Made by a program: the position numbers and the translations under genes | Notes under the pieces: model-generated | What the model saw: the letters and a program-made list of their open reading frames with translations, nothing else | Told to the model about the DNA's origin: nothing | Databases searched by the model: none | Shown here: positions 36,661-43,747 of the stretch, in pieces | Numbering within the stretch: the stretch's first letter is position 1 | How the letters are laid out: each line of letters opens with the position of its first letter | Source of the DNA: an uncultured bacterium | GTDB taxonomy: Bacteria; Latescibacterota; Latescibacteria; Latescibacterales; Latescibacteraceae | Length of the DNA: 48,611 nt | NCBI GenBank assembly: GCA_964426865.1 | Contig: CAYRTQ010000002.1 | Location: 1-48,611, forward strand | Direction: 5' to 3'

Positions 36661-36970
36661 GTGATTATGGCAATATCTCCATATGGTAAGAACAATATAA
36701 TAAAATAACAATAAAGCATTGCCCGGGTGCAAGTATTTTTTTTGTGATTTTGATGATGGTTGTTATAAAGGGAGAAGGATAAATTATAAATATACGGGTG
36801 TTAATCTGCCATTGCGTTTGATGGGAAGGAGAGGGGGAACCGGGAAAATTTGACGGGGTGTATCACAGGGTGGGCTGTATCACTTTGTGGATTTGAATAT
36901 TTGAATGCGTCATGAAACAAAACACTTTCATATATATAAATTTATGATTAGATTGATATAACAGTACAAA
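36661..36970. other. AT-rich divergent control region of the polysaccharide locus (two AT islands)
   Basis: ..aagaacaatataataaaataacaataaagc.. and ..catatatataaatttatgattagattgatataacag.. lie between the minus-strand operon (start 36201) and the plus-strand wzx2 (37118). Confidence 0.85.
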
Positions 36971-37117
36971 TCTGGCCTGGCGGATTGAATCTGCTGGCGA
37001 TCCCCTCCAAACGGGAAGGCTGGACTCCCGATGAGCATCCGGTTTCGATGCAATCCCCTGTGGCCTGGATCTCCGCAATGTATTCGCACACATATCAAGA
37101 CAATTTTTTTCAGAGTC

Positions 37118-38368
37118 ATGTCCGATCCCGACGCCCGGAAAGGAACGCTCTCGGTATTCGATCAGGGGATTGTGAGCGCCACCAATTTCTTCACCGGGGT
37201 TATCATCGGACGCTCCTGCACGAAGGAGGAATTCGGGCTGTTCACACTCGGATTCAGCCTGGTATATCTCATTCTCGGGATGCAGCACAGCCTGATCAGT
37301 CTTCCCTATACCATGCTCAGCCCGAGACTGACGGAGCGGGAACGGTTTCTCTATCGCGGGAGCGCGCTGATTCAACAGATTGGGCTATCCCTCTTTTTCG
37401 CGCTCGGACTGGTCGCCGCCTCGCTGGTTTTCTCTTCCAGCCCGATTGTCCCCGTACTCCGGGCGCTTTCTTTCACCATCGGCCTCATTCTCCTGAAGGA
37501 ATGCATCCGGCAGATGAGTTTCGCGAATCTCGATATCGGGGTGGCGACCTGTCTCGATACGGGCGCATGCGTCCTGCAGATCGGGGGACTCCTGGCCCTT
37601 TCCCTCCGGGGAATGCTGAACCCGGTTTCCGCCTGCTGGGTATGCGGGGTATCGTACGGGGTTCCGGCCCTGGTATGGATATTGCTCAATCGCCATACGC
37701 TCGCGGTGAGTCCGGACTCCCTGAAAAAGGACATCCGCCGTAATCTGGATTTCGGGAAATGGGTTCTTGCCAGCGGGATCCTTTATTCCGCGGGAATGGA
37801 TATCTATCCCTGGTTCCTGAATGCGTTCATGGGCGCCGCCGCCGCCGGAGTGTGGGCCGCCTGCCTGGGGATCTCCTCTCTCGGGAATCCGATGTATTTC
37901 GGTATTCAGAACTATCTGAGTCCGCGTCTGGCGCATGTTTACCATGACAAGGACATTTTCCGGATGAAACGGTTCGTGCTTGGGGCGAGCATGGTTTTCG
38001 CCGTCTGCATGTCGCTGTTTGCCCTGTTCCTGACTGTGTTCGGAGGCGCGCTTCTCGAAGCCCTGTACGGCGGCAAGTATGCCGGGAACGGCGCGGTTGT
38101 CTCGCTGCTCGGATTCAACCTGGTGGTTTCTTCCCTGGGATTCGCGCCCTCCCGGTCCCTCTTCGTCCTGAATCGCGCCGACATGGATTTGAAAACCAAT
38201 TTCGTGGTGCTGGCAACCCTGACCGTTCTGGGAATCTCCCTGATGAATACGTTCGGATTGACCGGCGCGGCCTATGGTCTTTTTCTCTCCGCCATCCTGT
38301 CGATGGCCCTGAAATTCGGGGCGTTCTCCCTGATTTCCCGAAAGCTGGCGCGAGAGGCCGCCGTATAG
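37118..38368 (+). CDS. Wzx-type polysaccharide flippase (MOP superfamily), copy 2
   Basis: Start at MSDPDARKG. ..FDQGIVSATNFFTGVIIGRSCTKEEFGLFTL.. is colinear with copy 1. Confidence 0.7.
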   Translation: MSDPDARKGTLSVFDQGIVSATNFFTGVIIGRSCTKEEFGLFTLGFSLVYLILGMQHSLISLPYTMLSPRLTERERFLYRGSALIQQIGLSLFFALGLVAASLVFSSSPIVPVLRALSFTIGLILLKECIRQMSFANLDIGVATCLDTGACVLQIGGLLALSLRGMLNPVSACWVCGVSYGVPALVWILLNRHTLAVSPDSLKKDIRRNLDFGKWVLASGILYSAGMDIYPWFLNAFMGAAAAGVWAACLGISSLGNPMYFGIQNYLSPRLAHVYHDKDIFRMKRFVLGASMVFAVCMSLFALFLTVFGGALLEALYGGKYAGNGAVVSLLGFNLVVSSLGFAPSRSLFVLNRADMDLKTNFVVLATLTVLGISLMNTFGLTGAAYGLFLSAILSMALKFGAFSLISRKLAREAAV

Positions 38369-38656
38369 CTTCAGGTCCGTTTGGGACGCGGCATCGGTAT
38401 CCTTCGTCAAGGACGCCCCCTTTTCCGCAATGGCGCGCACCGTTTGTTCGACATGCGGTTTCTTCCGCAAACCCATCCGGTGTCCGTTCATCTTCGGAGC
38501 CGCTCTGTTGCAAACGAATGTACTTTTTCAGGACCTGGGTTCCGCCCCGACGCTTCTTTGGGGGCTGACCGCAGGTTCGTATCATACCAATTCCCATTCA
38601 AAATCCGTAAAAAGGAATCCTTGTGTTTCCTTTCCCCCATCGGGGGAAAGGTGGCC

Positions 38657-38711
38657 GAAGGCCGGAAAGGGGGCTGCCTTTGCTACGGAGATTGATTCAA
38701 ATTTGGTATCA
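38657..38711 (+). repeat. Short repeat C, copy 1 (inverted copy at the window end)
   Basis: gaaggccggaaagggggctgcctttgctacggagattgattcaaatttggtatca is the reverse complement of 48557-48611 with one mismatch. It is preceded by the 9-bp palindrome ctttcccccatcgggggaaag. Confidence 0.85.
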
Positions 38712-38818
38712 GATGCAAAAGAAGGGGCGGGCGATCGGGGAACGGACCGGTCCGCATGCTTCCCGGGGGAATGAAAATCCGTTGAATCCTTCAGCCGGTA
38801 ACTGCAAGGAGACCATTC

Positions 38819-39922
38819 ATGGACATCCCTTTTCGATTGGGAGACTGCTCTGTTGAAATCGACCGCATCGGCAAACGGGAATGGGAACGTTCCATCCGTG
38901 ATTTTGAGGATATGAGCGTCTATCAGACCTGGTCCTGGGGCAAACTGTTGTCCGGCGAGGACCGGATGAGCCATCTTGTGCTGCGGCGTGACGGAAATCC
39001 CGTTTCGATGACCCAGGTCAGGATTTCTACGGTACCGGTTCTCTGCCGGGGTATGGCCTCGGTGGCATGGGGACCTCTCTGGCTGAAACGGGACTCTGTT
39101 CCCGATCCGGAAATCCTCCGGAACACCCTCCACATTCTCCGGGAGGAGTATGCGGAGAAGCGGAATCTGTTTCTGATTTTGAAACCGAGCATCACCAGCA
39201 TTCTCACCACGGACGCCCATTCCCTGTTTCTCGCGGAGGGCTTCCGTCCGAGCCCTCTGCGGGAACCCTATCATACCCTGATCATGGATATTTCCCCCTC
39301 GACAGAATCCCTGCTGGCGGGCATGAAACCCGAGTGGCGGCGGAATCTGACAAAATCTTGCAAGAACGGGCTGGAGATCGAATCGGGTTCCGGAGAGAGC
39401 CTTTTGAGAGAGATGTCGGAACTCTACCGTCAGATGCTCGCCCGCAAGAAATTCAGGAGCATCGCCGATCTGCGGTTTTATGCGCGTCTTCAGCGCGATC
39501 TCGACGATCAGGACCGGCTTTCCATCCTGATATGCCGTCACAACTCGATTCCGGTGGCGGGACTCATTTATTCGGCCCTGGGGAGAACTCCGCTGGTGCT
39601 GAACGGAGCGACCGGAGACCACGGGCTGAATCTGAACGGCTCCTATTCCCTGTGGTGGAGAGCGATCGAACATCTGAACGGGCGCGGACACCGCTGGCTG
39701 GATACCTGCGGGATCAGCCGGGTACAGAATCCGGGCGGGTATCAGTTCAAGTCGGGCGTCTGCGGGAAATGGGGGCGCGACGTTCTGTCCCGGGAATATC
39801 AGTATTGCGCGAGTCTCACGAGCAAGGTGGTTGTCCACTGCGGGCAGAGTGTCAAGGAAATCCGCGCCGGGGTGAGAGAGCGGTTCGAGATAAAACGGGC
39901 TGCCCGGGGGAATTCGCGGTAA
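38819..39922 (+). CDS. FemAB-family / GNAT-fold transferase (copy 2)
   Basis: AAGGAG lies 8 nt upstream. 367 aa, colinear with 24435..25541 (..YQTWSWG..LREEYAEKRNLFL..NPGGYQFKSGVCG..). Confidence 0.7.
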   Translation: MDIPFRLGDCSVEIDRIGKREWERSIRDFEDMSVYQTWSWGKLLSGEDRMSHLVLRRDGNPVSMTQVRISTVPVLCRGMASVAWGPLWLKRDSVPDPEILRNTLHILREEYAEKRNLFLILKPSITSILTTDAHSLFLAEGFRPSPLREPYHTLIMDISPSTESLLAGMKPEWRRNLTKSCKNGLEIESGSGESLLREMSELYRQMLARKKFRSIADLRFYARLQRDLDDQDRLSILICRHNSIPVAGLIYSALGRTPLVLNGATGDHGLNLNGSYSLWWRAIEHLNGRGHRWLDTCGISRVQNPGGYQFKSGVCGKWGRDVLSREYQYCASLTSKVVVHCGQSVKEIRAGVRERFEIKRAARGNSR

Positions 39923-40186
39923 AAGGAAACCGGCGTGATTGTATTTTCTTCACGGGGTGTTTGCAGATTGAAGAATCCATTGGACTGTTCGGGACGAAAG
40001 GGAAATGAAAAAAATCCGTTGAAGGGTGAGTTGAGGTCATGAATTGACTTCACGGAAATATCGTTTCCAAGACAGCGCGTGAGTATGATCGGACGATTCG
40101 GTCATGCCAGCCGCGTTTGTCAGGGAGCAGCCGGTGTGTTGACTGCCAGAGCGGCACAAGTTGTGTTCTTTCGCACACGATTCTCA

Positions 40187-40216
40187 AGGGACCGGTTCGC
40201 CGGCCCTTTCTTTTTT
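40187..40216 (+). terminator. Rho-independent terminator (UUCG tetraloop) 265 nt downstream of the FemAB-2 stop
   Basis: AGGGACCGG-TTCG-CCGGCCCT followed by TTCTTTTTT. The stem is 8 bp with one bulged A. Confidence 0.75.
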
Positions 40217-40314
40217 ACCGCTCCCGGATCCAGGCCTGCAAGCGCGAAAGCGGGGTAACGCACGGCATGCCGTGAACGCAATTCAAATGAGGCGGGGGAT
40301 GACGGTTTGTACGG

Positions 40315-40851
40315 TCAGGGGCAATGCACCTCTCTGAGTGTGGAATATGGGGGCCTGAACCAGGTCAAAACGGCCTCTTTCCAGGCGTGAGGGGGAATGG
40401 CCACGACCTCGCTGTTGGTAATCATGATAGTGTTGTCGTTGCTGATGCACACCGTATGAGTTCCGTTCCCGTACAGTTTCGCGATCCGTGATTCCATTCC
40501 GATCTGGGCGAGGCTCCACTGTCCGAGCACCGCCGCGCCATCGCAGTCATCGGTGAGATCGCGGGCGAAGAGGACCTCGATAGTCGGAATCCAGTCGGTC
40601 GGTTCGGCGACATACCGGAACTGCTTCTGCAACTGACGGACATCCTCGATCGTGTGCAGATTCTCCTTTGCCGATTCCATCTTTTCCCGGGCGGGCTTCC
40701 GCATTTCCGGGTTGTTGGACCAGAACGCGTCATTCATGTCTTCATCATATCCGAATGGATTACGGCACGAGCTGTGGATCAGAAAGAGGGAGAAAAGAGC
40801 GGCGTGGGCAATATAAAGGAATAATCGGGGGCTTGCCGGAGTCGAAATCAT
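40315..40851 (-). CDS. Lipoprotein of unknown function, tandem paralogue 1 (Cys/His motif, possible transglutaminase/papain-like fold)
   Basis: Start set at MISTPASPRLFLYIAHAALFSLFLIHSSC, aligned residue-for-residue with paralogue 2; GAAGGTGA is upstream. It has a lipobox-like SSC. ..DLTDDCDGAAVLGQW..THTVCISNDN.. Confidence 0.65.
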   Translation of the reverse strand: MISTPASPRLFLYIAHAALFSLFLIHSSCRNPFGYDEDMNDAFWSNNPEMRKPAREKMESAKENLHTIEDVRQLQKQFRYVAEPTDWIPTIEVLFARDLTDDCDGAAVLGQWSLAQIGMESRIAKLYGNGTHTVCISNDNTIMITNSEVVAIPPHAWKEAVLTWFRPPYSTLREVHCP

Positions 40852-40926
40852 GTGATTCACCTTCATCAGGGCCATGACAACCACCTGGAGAAAGGAGTTG
40901 TTGCGCCGGACGGCCCCGCTTTCCCA

Positions 40927-40947
40927 TTCCGGTTCGGGATACCGGAA
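40927..40947 (-). promoter_or_regulatory. Conserved leader palindrome/hairpin 76 nt upstream of paralogue 1 start
   Basis: TTCCGGT-tcgggat-ACCGGAA. The paralogue-2 leader has TTCCGGG-tcggaat-CCCGGAA at the identical distance, a compensatory change of the closing pair. Confidence 0.55.
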
Positions 40948-41176
40948 CAAAGGTCATTGGTTTTCCGCATTTTATCCATACGACATTCCGTGTGTGGGGC
41001 GGCGAATACTATCAACCGTTCGAACAGATGCCGTTCGGCATGACTGCTGCCGGTAGCGGTCCTCGGATGCATGTTCGATCGGGGGCGCCGCTGGTACTGC
41101 ATCTTCACCTTTGCGCCATCCCTGAAAGGTTCTTCTGGAAAGCGCAAACACACGCGGAACCCCGAGAATCCGCAAC

Positions 41177-41239
41177 GTAATTAAAATTATTATATAATAA
41201 ATTAGATAATATAGCAATAATAATACTGTAATAATGATG
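41177..41239. other. Extreme AT-rich island (8 G/C in 63 nt) upstream of lipoprotein paralogue 1
   Basis: gtaattaaaattattatataataaattagataatatagcaataataatactgtaataatgatg. Confidence 0.9.
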
Positions 41240-41585
41240 TGCAAAGGCTTCTCCCTGTAAATCATCCGCCGAAGGGAACGCGCGGAATAACGGGACCGAT
41301 ATGCGAGAGGCGGTTCCGGTACGGCGCTTTCATGGCGGGATCGGTCAAATCCGGTGAAATCGGCGGATTTGGTCTGCGACTGCGGAAAGGCCCGGCCCGC
41401 TGTTCGGGGGAATCGAAGCTCACGGGGACAACAGACGATTGTTTCGCCATGACCGGTGGTTCGATTTCGGGAAAACTTCCGGGGAGCATCTCGTTTGTAT
41501 GGGGAGAAAAAAGGAGGATCGCATGGTGGGTGGAATTGGAGTTTTCAGCGCTCCCGCCGATTCAAATCAACCGGTCCGCGAGTGA

Positions 41586-42116
41586 TCAATACACTTCCCT
41601 GAGCGCGGAGTAGGGGGGGCTGAACCAGGTCAGAACGGCTTCTTTCCAGGCGTGGGGGGGGATGGTGATGACCTCGTTGTTGCTGATCAAGACCGTGTTG
41701 TCGTTGCTGATGCACACCGCATGAATCCCGTGTCCGTACAGCTTCACGATCCGTGATTCCATTCCGATCTGGGCGAGGCTCCACTGTCCGAGCACCGCCG
41801 CGCCATCGCAGTCATCGGTGAGATCGCGGGCGAAGAGGACCTCGATAGTCGGAATCCAGTCGGTCGGTTCGGCGACATACCGGAACTGCTTCTGCAACTG
41901 ACGGACATCCTCGATCGTGTGCAGATTCTCCTTTGCCGATTCCATCTTTTCCCGGGCGGGCTTCCGCATTTCCGGGTTGTTGGACCAGAACGCGTCATTC
42001 ATGTCCCCATCATATCCGAAGGGATTACGGCATGAGCTGATAACCACGATGAGGGAGAGGAAAACGGCATGTGTCGCCAAGCGGAAAATCCGGGAGTGTG
42101 CAATGGTTGAAAACAT
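41586..42116 (-). CDS. Lipoprotein of unknown function, tandem paralogue 2
   Basis: GAAGGAGA lies 6 nt upstream. MFSTIAHSRIFRLATHAVFLSLIVVISSC (lipobox-like). nt 41748-42005 are 100% identical to 40483-40740. Confidence 0.7.
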   Translation of the reverse strand: MFSTIAHSRIFRLATHAVFLSLIVVISSCRNPFGYDGDMNDAFWSNNPEMRKPAREKMESAKENLHTIEDVRQLQKQFRYVAEPTDWIPTIEVLFARDLTDDCDGAAVLGQWSLAQIGMESRIVKLYGHGIHAVCISNDNTVLISNNEVITIPPHAWKEAVLTWFSPPYSALREVY

Positions 42117-42191
42117 GCGTTCTCCTTCTTCAGAGCCGCAACAGCCATCCTGAAAAAAGGAGCCGTTGTGCCCGGTAACCCTGCCGTCCTA

Positions 42192-42212
42192 TTCCGGGTC
42201 GGAATCCCGGAA
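42192..42212 (-). promoter_or_regulatory. Conserved leader palindrome/hairpin 76 nt upstream of paralogue 2 start
   Basis: TTCCGGG-tcggaat-CCCGGAA. See 40927..40947. Confidence 0.55.
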
Positions 42213-42583
42213 CGTAGACCAGTGGTTTTGCGTCCCGCCCTTTCGGGTGGTTTGCCCTTATCAAGCATAAAAACATGATGAACGATACCCTGCCATGTGG
42301 TGTGAAGCAATAGTTGCGCCAATTTCCTGTAAAATGCCGCATGTCATTGCGAATGAATACGATACGTTCCCGGATTATGCCTCCGTCCGGAATCTTTCCC
42401 CCGCCCTGACGGGATGGCGGGACAAAAGGGCTTCGTGCCGCAGGACAAAAAGACAAATTGAATGAACGGAGTGTTGTTTCCCCCCTGAGATGTGAAGGGA
42501 GGAGAAGGGCAAAGGGGGGGATGCAAGAAGGGGAAACGCGGCGCGTTCGATGGGGAATCCGCAATGAGACGCGGAAAACGAGT

Positions 42584-42747
42584 ACCTTGTCAACTGGATA
42601 GTGTTTGGTGGATTGCGCTTCGACACTTCAACACTTCGGCACTTCGACAAGCTCAGTGTCCGCAGGCTGAGCGCCCGCCGCTGGCTGAGCTTGTCGAAGC
42701 CAGCACATCGGAAACACGTTTCCCCAATAGTATCGACTTGACAAGGT
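42584..42747 (+). repeat. MITE-like hairpin repeat, copy A2 (best preserved)
   Basis: Imperfect ~20-nt terminal inverted repeats: ACCTTGTCAACTGGATAGTG and, at the far end, the reverse complement of ACCTTGTCAAGTCGATACTA. The central 15-bp perfect stem is CTTCGACAAGCTCAG (42642-42656) / CTGAGCTTGTCGAAG (42685-42699). Confidence 0.85.
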
Positions 42748-42940
42748 ATGAGCTGGTTTCGCCCGCCGGCGGCGACGCTTCGGGCTGGAGAGTCGCATGG
42801 CATGCGACGGTGTGGATGGGGCGGAGGGGTGTTTCACTGGCTTGGAAATTTGGGGCGGCGCTTGAGCCGGAAAAGAAAGGAATGGAGAGGGGTTTTCGCC
42901 GGGAACCGGGGTATTCGCGGCAGGGCGGGGGAAAACGCAG

Positions 42941-42976
42941 AAAAAGGACTCGGGAATTTCTTCCTGAGTCCTTTTT
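42941..42976. terminator. Bidirectional-type hairpin terminator just 3' of tRNA-fMet
   Basis: AAAAAGGACTC (42941-42951) pairs with GAGTCCTTTTT (42966-42976), an 11-bp perfect stem with a 14-nt loop. It has an A-tract on one side and a T-tract on the other, and lies 5 nt from the tRNA 3' end. Confidence 0.8.
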
Positions 42977-42981
42977 CAAGA

Positions 42982-43058
<77 letters not shown>

Positions 43059-43069
43059 TCGATGGTTAT

Positions 43070-43098
43070 AATATACACCATCAAAATCCCCCTGTCAA
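43070..43098 (-). promoter_or_regulatory. Consensus sigma70-type promoter of tRNA-fMet
   Basis: Minus strand: TTGACA (43098-43093), 17 nt, TATATT (43075-43070), then 11 nt to the mature tRNA 5' end. Confidence 0.8.
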
Positions 43099-43458
43099 GG
43101 AAGTTATGGCGCTTTGTGCAAAAATAAGGAAAACCTTTGCCACCCGGCGAGTCATTCTTCAGGAAGGCGAGGAGAAACCTGTTGTGTACTATTGTTCCGG
43201 CGATGCAATATCGAAGATGGTGGACTGACCGGTATCCATTCGCTTCCGGACACGGTGACAGCGCCGGGAAAACAGAGCCGGAAACAATAATCCAATGAAA
43301 ATCACCGGTATTTTTCTGAACAATGATGGTTTGCGGGAGTAAAAACGATTCCGGACGGAATGGTCTTGCTGGGAACTATACGCAAAAGAATATGATGCAG
43401 TTGGATCGGAACAGTCTGGAGGAGTTGTGAACGCATATGAGAACATGATAAAAAACTC

Positions 43459-43487
43459 TTGACATTGCTGGATCAATATATTAGCAT
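43459..43487 (+). promoter_or_regulatory. Candidate sigma70-type promoter facing the sensor kinase
   Basis: TTGACA (43459-43464), 17 nt, TAGCAT (43482-43487). This would give a ~255-nt leader containing an 8-bp hairpin, CGCTGTCA..TGACAGCG (43639-43663). Confidence 0.35.
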
Positions 43488-43747
43488 GGAAGAGTGCCCA
43501 ATAATACATGAAAATATTGTCCGTATTTTTCAACCCGTAAACGTGGGAGTGGATCGTTTTTGGTTTGCCTGATGGGAGAGAGGTTCTGATACGTCTGGAC
43601 GGTCTTTGCGAATTTGTCTGTTGTCATGGGAATTGAGGCGCTGTCAGCGGAGAAATGACAGCGAGGCGGGTTGCGGATATGACACCAAATTTGAGGAACG
43701 ATTCGAGTATCTGCCGGTAATCCTTATTTCTGGAAGGGGTCAGGCGA

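Noticed and set aside
43189-43533. 114-aa minus-strand ORF in the low-GC spacer next to the tRNA
   Set aside because: It has no SD, odd composition (F/S/Y-rich, Cys scattered) and no recognisable motif, and it overlaps the candidate plus-strand promoter. It is treated as non-coding.
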